This document shows, one piece after another, positions 1 to 10,249 of a DNA stretch of 64,000 bases. Position numbers and translations under genes: made by a program. This stretch comes from an uncultured Candidatus Saccharibacteria bacterium (GTDB lineage: Bacteria; Patescibacteriota; Minisyncoccia; Phycocordibacterales; UBA5272): positions 27,018 through 91,017 of the forward strand of contig CAZJDZ010000001.1 in assembly GCA_964544935.1 (NCBI GenBank). The letters are read 5' to 3'. Each line of letters opens with the position of its first letter. The stretch's first letter is position 1. Below the pieces are notes generated by a model. It worked only from the letters and a program-made list of their open reading frames with translations, was not told the DNA's origin and did not search any database.

Positions 1-408
1 CTTCCAGATAGGTTTAAGACTAGACATTGATGTCGACCCAGGACCAACATAGAAAGTCTCTTTAGAGTTTTTGTTTGATACAGCGAATTCAAAAGCTTTG
101 ATTTTATCCTTTATGTGCTCATTCTCAAGAATATTATTTTTTAAATATTGAAAACCTAATTTATCCGGCTCAAAGCAGTAACACATCTTAGCAATATTTG
201 CACCATATAAAACAGTTGCTCCTACCCATGCACCAATATCCATGAACCCATGATCTTTATCTAAAAACGTATCAAAAATAGTAAACGTATAATCTTCAAA
301 GTTATTTTGGTATTCATTCCAAAAACTCATCACTCTTGCATCAGTTACTTGGTCAACAGGTTTCTCTGATATACAAATATCAAATGTATTTTTCTTAATT
401 TTTATCAT
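1..408 (-). CDS. FkbM-family SAM methyltransferase (partial, runs off window start)
   Basis: Hand-translated, not in ORF track: MIKIKKNTFD...FMDIGAWVGATVLYGA...YCFEPD...AVSNK; DIGAWVG and FEP motifs. Confidence 0.8.
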   Translation of the reverse strand, partial: MIKIKKNTFDICISEKPVDQVTDARVMSFWNEYQNNFEDYTFTIFDTFLDKDHGFMDIGAWVGATVLYGANIAKMCYCFEPDKLGFQYLKNNILENEHIKDKIKAFEFAVSNKNSKETFYVGPGSTSMSSLKPIWK

Positions 409-471
409 TAATTTTTATTTGAGTGTAGCAAAATTTATATAAATAAACAATTTTAAACAATATAACTTACA

Positions 472-936
472 TTAAATATGCTCCTCTAAAAGAGCTTTTG
501 CTTTTTCAATATACCCAGCAGAAACTAGATGGGCTATCTTAGCAGATTTTTTTAGATTTTCATTATTTGTGTGATTATAACTACCAGCAAACGTCCCTAA
601 ATCATCTATAGCAGAAGTGTACGCAGGCTCCAACTCAACTGGAATAGTTGGTCCCCTCCCTTACATTCGAGCTATTTCAATAAATGCAGGCAAAAAGAAA
701 AAATTCATACCCACTGTTTCAGTTTTACTTTCGAGTGCAATCTTTACAATATGTGGGAGGGCTGCATAAGAAGCAGTGTATACATTACCCTGATGACAAA
801 GACTCGACCATACTGTAAACCATGCTACTTCGTTTTGAGGATCTTTATATAATAATCTCAATGCTTCTGGCACACCCTCAGATGAACCATAAGCATTTTG
901 AAGTTCTGACCATTTTAGACTATCAAGTTCAAGCAT
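472..936 (-). pseudogene. Conserved hypothetical protein interrupted by in-frame TAA at 661-663
   Basis: MLELDSLKWSELQNAYG...LCHQG...IEIARM* continues in the same frame as GRGPTIPVELEPAY...LLEEHI* to 472. Confidence 0.6.
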
Positions 937-1054
937 ACTAGAAGTATAGCAACAAAAAAGAAGTCTACATGTACAAACAGATATCATAATTAATTTGAGG
1001 GTATTACTTACTAAGCAAATAAATCCATAAAAATGGTACACTCCTAAAAAGACC

Positions 1055-1453
1055 ATGACTAAAGATATAACTATTCACGCATATAACGCTTTGCAAACAG
1101 CACCTACAAAAGAAATTTGTGATTTTTTAGAGTTAACTATTAATAAACATTTAGTCGGCAGTACTTCAAAAATTTGGCATCGTGGTCCAGTGTGGTTTGT
1201 GGATGAAAATCCAGTTGTTGGATACTGGGTAAGAAAAAATAACGAGGTTCAACTTTTGTTTTGGAGTGGTCAATCATTTGATGAAGAAGATCTACTCCCA
1301 GAAGGCACATTTAAGGCTGCCGAAATTAGATACACAGCTGTACAACAAATAAAAATTAGCAACCTAAAAAGGTGGCTCAAGAAAGCAAAAGATATACAAT
1401 GGGATTATAAAAATATAGTAAAAAGAAAAGGAAAACTAGAAAGACTAGTGTAA
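1055..1453 (+). CDS. DUF1801-domain protein
   Basis: KIWHRGPVWF...PVVGY...LLFWSGQSF...WDYKNIVKRKG pattern. Confidence 0.75.
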   Translation: MTKDITIHAYNALQTAPTKEICDFLELTINKHLVGSTSKIWHRGPVWFVDENPVVGYWVRKNNEVQLLFWSGQSFDEEDLLPEGTFKAAEIRYTAVQQIKISNLKRWLKKAKDIQWDYKNIVKRKGKLERLV

Positions 1454-1465
1454 TGTACTTATATT

Positions 1466-1813
1466 TTATAGATTTCTCCCGTCAAATGTAGTTACTTGTA
1501 GTGTGCTTAGATCTACTTCATTGAGCGATCTGACATTTATTGCTACAACAGGATTTCCATCTGGACCAGTGCCAAAAGAAAATGATTGTACCCCACAATC
1601 TTTACAGAAAGTATGGTCAATTACGTGTTTGTTAAATTTGTATGTTGTTAAATTTTCTTCACCAGATACTAATGTAAAATTATCTCGCGGAGCAAAACCT
1701 AACCATAAACCCTTTATGGAACAATATGAGCAATTACAGGAAATAATTCCTTCGAGACTCATCTTTACTTCAAACGTTACTTTTTTACAATGACAATTAC
1801 CTGTGTAGTTCAT
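1466..1813 (-). CDS. GFA family (glutathione-dependent formaldehyde-activating) Zn protein
   Basis: GNCHC, CNCSYC and FCKDCG Zn ligands. Confidence 0.9.
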   Translation of the reverse strand: MNYTGNCHCKKVTFEVKMSLEGIISCNCSYCSIKGLWLGFAPRDNFTLVSGEENLTTYKFNKHVIDHTFCKDCGVQSFSFGTGPDGNPVVAINVRSLNEVDLSTLQVTTFDGRNL

Positions 1814-1934
1814 ATTTTTATATAGTGTATTCGCAAATTATAGCACGCCAGTAGTGATACATGCTTCAAAATAAATAGAATGTATATCTTGCTCAGAAAA
1901 TGAAGCTATAAAACTCTACCTAAAAATAACACAC

Positions 1935-2456
1935 TTAAAACCCGCGAATTGGTTTTGTTTGAAGAATGGTCTCAACTTCTTCGTATCCTACAGGGTAGGC
2001 GAAGTTATACCGCGCAGGAAGTGCAAAAACATACTTTGTGTTGCGGGCAAGCTCGCTTGGATTAATAGGTGCTGCACCTACATGAATCTTGTCTTGTGTA
2101 ATCAAATTCCACTGCAGAAGTGTAAACACCATGACAGGAATATCTTGTCGTGGGGTTGTCTCCGACCAGAGTGGGTGTCGTACAGAGAGAAGTGGGCCTG
2201 TCTCATCAGGAATACTCCCTTGTGGTTTATTTGGAGAATATGCTTTCCATGTATTACTTATACTTGAGTACCCTTTCCATGAAGAAGGGAGTGTGATCAC
2301 AAAGCCGTACTCAGTATTTTTATACTCCACCAATGCAACAGGTGTCTGTGTGGGTTCTTGAACTACAGAATTTTTTGTATGAAGAACGAAGTACCCTGCA
2401 ATACATGCAAGTGTGAGAACAAAAAGAATTATTGGGGTTATATTTTTTTGAGACAT
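1935..2456 (-). CDS. Membrane-anchored hypothetical protein
   Basis: N-terminal TM helix, then YKNTEYGFVITLPSSW (PsbP-like start). Confidence 0.7.
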   Translation of the reverse strand: MSQKNITPIILFVLTLACIAGYFVLHTKNSVVQEPTQTPVALVEYKNTEYGFVITLPSSWKGYSSISNTWKAYSPNKPQGSIPDETGPLLSVRHPLWSETTPRQDIPVMVFTLLQWNLITQDKIHVGAAPINPSELARNTKYVFALPARYNFAYPVGYEEVETILQTKPIRGF

Positions 2457-2746
2457 ACAGACTAGTTTTATAGTAGCACTACTGAGCTAGGATAGATAGC
2501 AAAGTTTTAATCATATTCACAACTTACCCAACCTATTTGCATTACCATAAAGCACTATAACTCAACAATATATAGACCTCATACGCTCGCGCGTTGTCTT
2601 GAAAGATTATATAGCGAACGAACGTCATCATATATGCATGTGAGCGAATCAAATGTACTCACCACGTGCTCATCATGAGAAAACTCACGTATGTAGTAGC
2701 TTATAACTAGCTTTACCAAGCTTACAGTTGTAGCAAAAGGAAACAC

Positions 2747-2779
2747 AGAAAATCCCAAGACTTAGTCTTGGGATTTTCT
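2747..2779. terminator. Intrinsic terminator-like hairpin
   Basis: AGAAAATCCCAAGACT-T-AGTCTTGGGATTTTCT. Confidence 0.7.
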
Positions 2780-2794
2780 ATTAAAAAAAACTTA

Positions 2795-3094
2795 TTATGC
2801 TCTTACTTGTTGGAACCATTCGAGAAGAGCCATGTCTTCATCACTTAACTGCAATAATGCAATACTAGTACTTTTACCTAATTCGTGCCCCTGTTTCATC
2901 AAGTTGTCTGCTTCAAAAATTTTTGGATTTTTATGAGCTAGGTAGTCGGATAACTGTCCCGTGAGGTATATTTTTTGAACGGTTTTATGCAACAGAGAAC
3001 TATAGAAGATTTTGATGGGCACACCTGGGAGATTTTCTATATGGACGTGGAGAAGTTCCCGAAGGAGGGATAGATGCGTGCGAGATTCGGTCAA
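2795..3094 (-). CDS. Hypothetical protein or gene fragment
   Basis: 99-aa ORF, non-ATG start, followed by a terminator. Confidence 0.35.
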   Translation of the reverse strand: MTESRTHLSLLRELLHVHIENLPGVPIKIFYSSLLHKTVQKIYLTGQLSDYLAHKNPKIFEADNLMKQGHELGKSTSIALLQLSDEDMALLEWFQQVRA

Positions 3095-3124
3095 ATAAAA
3101 ATCAATGTTGATTTTACTATTTAT

Positions 3125-4477
3125 CTATTCTTCCAAAAATTTCTTTACTTTAGCTAAACCTGGAATTTTATTCAAATATTCCAAATCTTCTTCATTAAAA
3201 ATCTTCACAAGTTTTTTAGCAACGTCTTCTTTGTATTTACATAATTCAAGAGAATTCTTACCAGAAATAGCACTAATCACATCACTTTTTGCCATCCCAG
3301 CTCTGACATATTGATTCTCTGAGAAAATATTCAAAATATCTCCTCCAACTAAGGGATCATTACTCACCTCAGACCAATTATTAGGGAAAAATTTATCAAG
3401 CTTTCCCCTCATTATTTTTTGTTCTTTTATATCATTATTTAATGTATCAACAAGCAGAAAAACTTTTCCAGAATATGGGTAAAAATTATCATTCCCGCGT
3501 AAGTGCACAGAAAGAGACTCTGTAATAATTTTCATGCGAGAAACTTCAACTGAACCATCTCCTATACCTTTTAATTTATTAAGAAAAACTTTACCCGTAT
3601 CTACTCCAGATAATTCAAGATACTTAGATACAATCAGTCGATCAGAGCCTCCTTCAACTATTACTATTTTTTCTGGCAAGAATAAGTCTGCCAAAGAAAA
3701 ACCTAACTTGTCTATAATAATTTTTTTATACAAATCTTCACTGTTAGACATTACTTCAAATTCTGGTTTTCCATTTTTAACATCAACAATAAAATTATTT
3801 TCAGGTGTTTGTCTATTTATGAAATGAGGAGAGTGGGTAGCAATAACAATAAATTGATCTTTTGATTTTTCAAGCAAAACTTCATAAAGAAGTTTTTGAA
3901 CTGATGGTTCGAGTGAAATTTCAGGTTCATCTATAAAAATAACAGGGTAACCCGATGTTAGAGCTGCCATAATATGAAAAGCAGCACGAAGACCTGATCC
4001 ATCAAAAGACGAATTTAAATTTAATTCAGAATTTTTCCATTGTGACTCCTTACTAATATAATTTATTCCAAAAAATCTTTGTATAAGTTCTTTAAATTCT
4101 GGCTTTTGTGCAGTTTCGTTTTCAGTTAATAAAGTTGAAAAAAGATTTCTTGAGTATGCATACCAAACGGATGGTCTGTTGTCATTATTTTGTATATTAG
4201 CTATAGCTGCTGCCGTTGTTTGTAAAAGTGTTTGACCTCCTGTATTTTGACTACTTAAAATATCATCAACCCCTGTTCTTTCGGCGGGGATGTATATTAT
4301 CTTTCTATTTTTATGTGCCGTATGATTCATTTGACCGATCAAACTCTTAAGTACTGATGTTTTTCCTGAACTATTTTTGCCAGTCAAGACAAACAGACCA
4401 TTTTCAGGATATACACCATTAGCAAAAGGGAAATCGTAGCTTGTTAAAACTTTTCCACAAATTTGATTTATTAACAT
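3125..4477 (-). CDS. OLD-family ABC ATPase with C-terminal TOPRIM-like domain (ATP-dependent nuclease)
   Basis: Walker A GKNSSGKT, signature DGSG, Walker B IFIDEPE, H-loop ATHSP, TOPRIM IVEGGSD. Confidence 0.8.
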   Translation of the reverse strand: MLINQICGKVLTSYDFPFANGVYPENGLFVLTGKNSSGKTSVLKSLIGQMNHTAHKNRKIIYIPAERTGVDDILSSQNTGGQTLLQTTAAAIANIQNNDNRPSVWYAYSRNLFSTLLTENETAQKPEFKELIQRFFGINYISKESQWKNSELNLNSSFDGSGLRAAFHIMAALTSGYPVIFIDEPEISLEPSVQKLLYEVLLEKSKDQFIVIATHSPHFINRQTPENNFIVDVKNGKPEFEVMSNSEDLYKKIIIDKLGFSLADLFLPEKIVIVEGGSDRLIVSKYLELSGVDTGKVFLNKLKGIGDGSVEVSRMKIITESLSVHLRGNDNFYPYSGKVFLLVDTLNNDIKEQKIMRGKLDKFFPNNWSEVSNDPLVGGDILNIFSENQYVRAGMAKSDVISAISGKNSLELCKYKEDVAKKLVKIFNEEDLEYLNKIPGLAKVKKFLEE

Positions 4478-4574
4478 ATTTATAATTTAATTTTGCGGAG
4501 GCATATTCATAGTTGCGATTACGCTCCTTGAAATGCACTGCGCAAAATCTGGTCGCGAGTACGCTCGCGATTTT

Positions 4575-4667
4575 GCGGTGATTATGGGTTAAGTACCCAC
4601 AGGTCTTGACCCCATAAGGGTATTTTAGCATCTTTTTCGAGCTCTAAAATATGTATGTGGGTCGCTA
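4575..4667. repeat. 93-bp element-end repeat, copy 1
   Basis: gcggtgattatgggttaagtacccac...ccataagggtatttt...aaaatatgtatgtgggtcgcta; aligns without gaps to 24219-24311 and 24828-24920. Confidence 0.95.
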
Positions 4668-4845
4668 TCCAAATGCCAATAAATGCCAAAATTCTGAACT
4701 TTTGAAAATATAAGGAATTCAGAGAAAAAGCTTTATTAATAAGGATATTGTGAAGATTTTTAGTAAAAATATGAATTTCATATTTGGCATTTTAACTTTT
4801 TGCCTGAAATTTCTTAACAACACCATAAAATGGTAAAATTTAGAA

Positions 4846-6009
4846 ATGATTAAGGATCTTAATAGTTACCTGACCGACCAAGAGTTCTTCACTTACGTGA
4901 AGTTCTTGGACTTGATCGTTGATAAGAACTATAAAGATCTTGATGATCATGAATTTGGAATACGAGATCTCAGCATTGGAAGTGAAAGCGTCTACCAAAC
5001 TTTTAAAAGAGCATTTGAATTTTTGGATCTCGTTGATCCATCAATAAAAATAGAGAGCTATAATTTGAAGGAAACAGAAGTTCGGTTTGAAATATCAAAT
5101 AGACCAAAAAATGAGCAAATCAATCTCAACAAAATAATAGATAAAATTCTTAAGGATAAATCGATCAAGTTTAGTGATGTTGGTGCCCTCTCTTGGGTAT
5201 GGTACGAAGTCTACAGTGCCGCACGATTTACTCCCGACACTTACACAATACCTCATACTGTTCGTGAAAAAATAGCTGATAACATTAACCAATACTTGGA
5301 TAACCTGATTAACAACAAGCTCGCTATTGTAAAAAAGAACTACTATAAGTTTGAGATTTTAAAACAGACCCTTATTCAAATTATTGAAGAAGACAAAATG
5401 ATTCCGCTTTACGGGACTAATTTCATTATCAAAAAAGGAATCGATGAAAACGGTAACGTAAAAGGCTTACCTGATTTTTGCATCCTTCAAACCGTCTATG
5501 CGCTAGAGAGACTTGGATACTTAAAGGTTGTAAAAGTGTGGGAAGATATTAAATATAAGTCTGAATACATCACATCCGATGAAAAAGATAAGACGCGATT
5601 TATCTGTGTAAATATCATTCTTGAAGACATATTCATTAAAGAGATTTACAATAAGTATAAGAAGGAGAATCCTAAAAATATCATCGAAAGTTTTGATGAG
5701 GCAAAAGGCATTCTTAAATTTGCAGGAGAAACCATAGAATTATCATCTAAAGGAAAAGAGACAGATGCTTCTCTCTTAATGAAAGCGTTGCTTAAAAATG
5801 ACGATGACGAATGGATGCACAACGATGAGATATTCCAAGTCTGGGGTTTCAATGAAAAAGACATCAAGAACGCAGCCAAAAACAAGATCTATTTTGCTGC
5901 ACAGAAAGTAAATAACAATGTTGCGATAAAAACAGGAATCGAAGATTTCCTTGATTTTACAACCACAAAAGCGCGTATCAATCCTCGTTACAAAAAAGTT
6001 GATGAATAA
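4846..6009 (+). CDS. Hypothetical protein, possible C-terminal winged helix (OmpR-like)
   Basis: 387-aa ORF; C-terminal region LLMKALL...EIFQVW...IYFAAQKVN resembles a wHTH. Confidence 0.6.
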   Translation: MIKDLNSYLTDQEFFTYVKFLDLIVDKNYKDLDDHEFGIRDLSIGSESVYQTFKRAFEFLDLVDPSIKIESYNLKETEVRFEISNRPKNEQINLNKIIDKILKDKSIKFSDVGALSWVWYEVYSAARFTPDTYTIPHTVREKIADNINQYLDNLINNKLAIVKKNYYKFEILKQTLIQIIEEDKMIPLYGTNFIIKKGIDENGNVKGLPDFCILQTVYALERLGYLKVVKVWEDIKYKSEYITSDEKDKTRFICVNIILEDIFIKEIYNKYKKENPKNIIESFDEAKGILKFAGETIELSSKGKETDASLLMKALLKNDDDEWMHNDEIFQVWGFNEKDIKNAAKNKIYFAAQKVNNNVAIKTGIEDFLDFTTTKARINPRYKKVDE

Positions 6010-6104
6010 TTGATAAACGTTCCGCCAATATTTATCAACACCTCCACCGTATCCTGAAGTCACACCCTTCGGGATGTTTTAATTGTAATAACAAAATAAC
6101 GTAT

Positions 6105-7397
6105 ATGGCTCAAACCATCGTGTGGAAGGAAGTGAAGGTAAAGGTAGCGGATCTCATCCCTGCCGATTACAACCCTAGAAAAATAAGTGCGAAGGAACGT
6201 GCAGAATTAACAACATCCGTAGAACAGTTCGGTCGTGTAGAGCCAGTTATCGTCAACACTGGCAAGCGTAAGAACTGTGTCATTGGTGGACATCAACGGC
6301 TTAAGATCTATGCCGATCTTGGTGTTACAGAAATAGAAGCAAAGGTACCAAGTCGTGAACTCACCGAAGATGAAGAAAAAGAACTCAATTTAAGACTCAA
6401 CAAAAATACTGGTTCATGGGACTTCGATAAGTTAGGAGAGTTTGATATGGATATGCTTCTTAATGTCGGTTTCGATGACGATGAATTGCAAGGCATGTTT
6501 GATGACGTTGATGTATCAGATGATGATTTTGACGTAGAGAAGGCTATTAAGGAAACCACGATGCCGAAAGTGAAGCTCGGCGAGATATGGGAACTTGGCG
6601 AACACAGATTGCTTGTTGGAAGTTCAACAGATGAGACTGCTGTCAGATTATTGATGGATAAGGATATGGCAGACATTGTGTATTGTGACCCACCATATAA
6701 CATCGGCTTGGACTATTCTAAAGGTCTTGGTAAGAATGAGAAGTACGGTGGGAGTTACTCAGGTAAGGATGATTCCAAAAAAGCGAAAGACTATGCGAAA
6801 TTCATGAATGACAGTATCTCTGTTGCTCTACAATTTGCAAAGCAAAGTGCTCACTTTTTCTACTGGTGTGATTCTACGAATATCGGACTCATTCAAGGAT
6901 TCTATGCGGACAACAAGATCATAAGTAGACGAGTGTGTATGTGGATCAAGAATAACCAGAACCCTACACCGAAAATTGCCTTCAACAAGGTGTATGAACC
7001 GTGTGTGTATGGCACGATTGGTACTCCACATCTCAACAAAGGGTTCCAAAATGCTAACGAAGTTCTAAACCAAGAAGTCGGTAGTGGTAACCAACTTCAC
7101 GACGAGATACTTGAAATGATAGACCTATGGATTGTGAAGCGTGATAGCACGAAAGAGTACATGCATCCGACACAGAAGCCTGTGAGCTTAAACGAGAAGC
7201 CATTTAAGCGTTGCTCTGCCCCTGGACAGATAATATTCTCAGGATTCGGTGGTAGTGGCAGTGATTTAATTGCGTGTGAACAACTGCATCGTAAGTGGCG
7301 TGGTGTAGAGCAAGACTTAATCTTCGCAACCATCATTATCGACAGATGGGAGAAATTTACTGGTAAGAAAGCAAAACTCATCTATGGTAGTAAATAA
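6105..7397 (+). CDS. ParB-N-terminal domain fused to N6A/N4C DNA methyltransferase (phage type)
   Basis: YNPR, GGHQRL (ParB); DPPY, HPTQKP, FGGSGS (MTase). Confidence 0.9.
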   Translation: MAQTIVWKEVKVKVADLIPADYNPRKISAKERAELTTSVEQFGRVEPVIVNTGKRKNCVIGGHQRLKIYADLGVTEIEAKVPSRELTEDEEKELNLRLNKNTGSWDFDKLGEFDMDMLLNVGFDDDELQGMFDDVDVSDDDFDVEKAIKETTMPKVKLGEIWELGEHRLLVGSSTDETAVRLLMDKDMADIVYCDPPYNIGLDYSKGLGKNEKYGGSYSGKDDSKKAKDYAKFMNDSISVALQFAKQSAHFFYWCDSTNIGLIQGFYADNKIISRRVCMWIKNNQNPTPKIAFNKVYEPCVYGTIGTPHLNKGFQNANEVLNQEVGSGNQLHDEILEMIDLWIVKRDSTKEYMHPTQKPVSLNEKPFKRCSAPGQIIFSGFGGSGSDLIACEQLHRKWRGVEQDLIFATIIIDRWEKFTGKKAKLIYGSK

Positions 7398-8139
7398 CGG
7401 AGACATATTTGAGATTGCAGGACATACCATTGCTTGTGGTGACTCGCTTGATAGATTCTTTGTGAGTAAAGTAATAAATGGCAGAAAGATACGAGCAGTG
7501 ATAAGTGATCCACCGTACGGTGTAGCGTACGTAGAGAACAAGAAGGACATTGTAAGTCTTGGTGTCAAAGATGCTAAGGTAATTGTTGGCGACCAGATAC
7601 AGAGTGAATACGAATACGTACAGTTCACCAAGAAGTGGACTGAATGTGTCATTCCTCATTTGGACAAATACAACACCTTCCATATCTTTAACTCAGATAC
7701 GATGTTTCTAGGATTACGTACTGGGATGCAGATGGCTAATATTCATTTCAGTCAGATGCTCATCTGGCTTAAGAATCAACCGGTGATGGGTATGAAGGAT
7801 TACTTGTCTCAGTTTGAAGTCATTGCTTACGGTTGGTATGGGAAGCATAAGATGGAACGATCAAAAGCAAAGAGTGTTATCTATCATCCAAAGCCACGAT
7901 CTTCCAAGCTTCACCCTACACAAAAGCCAGTTGGATTACTGAGGAAAATAATCCCGAACGTTACGGTCATTGGTGATTACGTTTACGACGCCTTCTCAGG
8001 AAGTGGAACGACTGCTATTGCTTGTGAACACTTAGGTCGAAAGTGTATTGGTATAGAGCTTGATCCAGAGTATGTAAAAGTCATACTTTCACGTCTTGAG
8101 AAGCTAACCAAACAAAAAGCAGTCAAACGAATAGACTGA
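7384..8139 (+). CDS. N6A/N4C DNA methyltransferase
   Basis: DPPY, HPTQKP, DAFSGSGTT motifs. Confidence 0.9.
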   Translation: MVVNNGDIFEIAGHTIACGDSLDRFFVSKVINGRKIRAVISDPPYGVAYVENKKDIVSLGVKDAKVIVGDQIQSEYEYVQFTKKWTECVIPHLDKYNTFHIFNSDTMFLGLRTGMQMANIHFSQMLIWLKNQPVMGMKDYLSQFEVIAYGWYGKHKMERSKAKSVIYHPKPRSSKLHPTQKPVGLLRKIIPNVTVIGDYVYDAFSGSGTTAIACEHLGRKCIGIELDPEYVKVILSRLEKLTKQKAVKRID

Positions 8140-8519
8140 TGGACGAGCTAACACAAAGAAAAGGTGGAGTATACCGTAAGCAAGATTTTAACTCTTACGT
8201 TCTTTGGAAGTCCCTGCCTTCATTTCTCAAAGGTCAGCCAAAAATCATGCTTGAGAAGTTTGGCATCACTGATGGGCTTGCAGTTGAGCTACTCCAAATC
8301 AAAACACAAGGAGAGTTTGCGACGAAGTTTGGCATCAAAGACCCAGGCACACTCACCGACTGGAACAAACGAATTGAGAAAGAAGGACTACTCACATCCA
8401 TTAACTCATGGGCAAGAAGTCTTACGCCAAACGTGGTGCTTGCTCTCTACAAGAATGCAAGTAAGCATGGTAAAGCCCAAGAAGTGCGTGCATGGTTTGA
8501 AATTATAGAAAACAATTAA
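8139..8519 (+). CDS. HTH protein, terminase-small-subunit-like
   Basis: TQGEFATKFGI..GTLTDW HTH followed by TPNVVLALYKNA..HG...W; position after ParB-MTase is typical of phage packaging regions. Confidence 0.5.
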   Translation: MDELTQRKGGVYRKQDFNSYVLWKSLPSFLKGQPKIMLEKFGITDGLAVELLQIKTQGEFATKFGIKDPGTLTDWNKRIEKEGLLTSINSWARSLTPNVVLALYKNASKHGKAQEVRAWFEIIENN

Positions 8520-8524
8520 ACACT

Positions 8525-8734
8525 ATGGAACCCAAGATCAAAAAAGTCCTCACCCTAGAGGAAATCAATGAAATCCTCTCAGACGCACTCATGCGTGTAT
8601 CTGAGAGAAAATTACCCCTTAGACAAGCAACACTTATCTCAAAGCTTGCCCTATCACTCTCTAAGAACATCGTGAACACCGAGCTTAAGAACAGAGTCGA
8701 GTTCTTAGAGCAACAACTTAAACAAAGAAAATAG
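8525..8734 (+). CDS. Small helical hypothetical protein
   Basis: 69 aa, tightly packed in the operon, C-terminal coiled coil ELKNRVEFLE. Confidence 0.6.
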   Translation: MEPKIKKVLTLEEINEILSDALMRVSERKLPLRQATLISKLALSLSKNIVNTELKNRVEFLEQQLKQRK

Positions 8735-8736
8735 CT

Positions 8737-10212
8737 ATGAAAAATATCTCTGATTTACTCCGTACTGGTAACCTTACTCCCAAAGAGAGGATACTCTTCT
8801 GTATACATGATGAAATACAGGAGTTAAAGACTGGTCTAAAGTCACTCACTCCCTCTGATCTCTATGCACTCTCTTCTGGATGGAGACCAAAGGATAGCTA
8901 TGAAGCACAGGAATACAACAAGTACTACAATGCATGGGATGTCATACAACTTCTTAAAATAGATGTGCAGACGACCTACTTAAACACCATTATCGATATA
9001 CGTAGCATGGAACGAGTACTTGCTTACCTTATGTATAGCAAGGAACCGAAGAATCTCTTGGCTGGGAAAGGGTTTGACGATGAGGCACTCCGCGAGATAC
9101 TGAGGAATACTGGACTCGACTACAACCTTCTCCTACATCGACTTACATTTGATGGATTACCACTCAACATACAGAAAGACCTACTTGCACTTGATCCTGA
9201 CGCAGAGACAAGTACTCAATACTTTGACCACGAGAAGAAGTTGTACGAGGTGTTGAATGGTAAAACTTCACTTACCTCTAAAGAGGTCGACACCCTGACA
9301 GACATCGTCATCGACTCCATTCCGTGGGAGTACTTAAGCCTCGTCACAGATAGAGGTCTCAATTTCATGAACATTCTTTTTAATGGATACTTTGCCAGTA
9401 TTCCGCTTGTTGTCTTTGCTGAGAAGTTAGCAAAGAAGCTACACATTGAGTACGAGAATGAAGATGAACTGAAAGCAAAAGTAGCTAAGGTACCAAACAT
9501 ACAGAATGAGCTACGAACACTCATTCATGATGAGATACAAGGTGGACTATTCTTTAGAGATTATGCACCACTCTGTAACAGTACCACCCACGAAACATGT
9601 AGTGATACCGATACCAAGTTACCCCACCACGAACTCATGGAGTTATGGATGAAGGAGAAAGCAAAGCAGGAAAAATTCTTACAAGGGTACATTGATAGCG
9701 GAAAGCTTGTTGTGGAAGATAGACAAAAGGAACTATTCACTATACGTAAATGCTACAAATCCATCACTGGAGAAAGTCTTTACTATTTAGATGAGGACTT
9801 ACCTTTCGTAAACGATTACAAGAAGCAAGTCGAGAAGTTACTGATACTCGGCTGTCTTCTTGCCTTCATCAAGAGGCGACCATTTTTGCAGTACTATGCT
9901 GAACTACTCTACTTCAATGTGTTTCTTGAAAAGGCGTCGAAAATATTTGAGATTGATCTTGCATTCTACGGAGAAAACTATACGAACGTCATCAAAGAAG
10001 AGGTTAATTTACTTAATGAACAGATTCTGATTATCGCTGAAAAAGTGGAGGAAGGATTATACCTAAAAAATGACATACGCTACCACGCAGAAATATATAT
10101 ACATGACATGCAGATATCGGTAGATGACGTTACTCCAGTGACTAATCGTTGCTTAGAACTTGCAGAGAAAAAGATTGACGAATCGTTTAGAGGTTGGTGG
10201 GGGAAGATGTGA
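8737..10212 (+). CDS. Hypothetical protein
   Basis: 491-aa ORF closing the operon; no recognised motif. Confidence 0.7.
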   Translation: MKNISDLLRTGNLTPKERILFCIHDEIQELKTGLKSLTPSDLYALSSGWRPKDSYEAQEYNKYYNAWDVIQLLKIDVQTTYLNTIIDIRSMERVLAYLMYSKEPKNLLAGKGFDDEALREILRNTGLDYNLLLHRLTFDGLPLNIQKDLLALDPDAETSTQYFDHEKKLYEVLNGKTSLTSKEVDTLTDIVIDSIPWEYLSLVTDRGLNFMNILFNGYFASIPLVVFAEKLAKKLHIEYENEDELKAKVAKVPNIQNELRTLIHDEIQGGLFFRDYAPLCNSTTHETCSDTDTKLPHHELMELWMKEKAKQEKFLQGYIDSGKLVVEDRQKELFTIRKCYKSITGESLYYLDEDLPFVNDYKKQVEKLLILGCLLAFIKRRPFLQYYAELLYFNVFLEKASKIFEIDLAFYGENYTNVIKEEVNLLNEQILIIAEKVEEGLYLKNDIRYHAEIYIHDMQISVDDVTPVTNRCLELAEKKIDESFRGWWGKM

Positions 10213-10249
10213 TTTAGTCTGGACACTTTTTTATCTATCATCAATAAAA

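Noticed and set aside
2580-2700. Possible REP or IS-end remnant (cgctcgc...agcgaacgaacg...gtgagcga)
   Set aside because: Too degenerate; no clean stem or second copy to support a call.
4419-4631. 70-aa ORF
   Set aside because: Overlaps the 93-bp non-coding end repeat and the start of the OLD gene; treated as a shadow ORF.
6105-10212. Intact prophage or restriction-modification system
   Set aside because: No capsid, portal, large terminase, tail or lysis genes; no recognisable restriction endonuclease motif.
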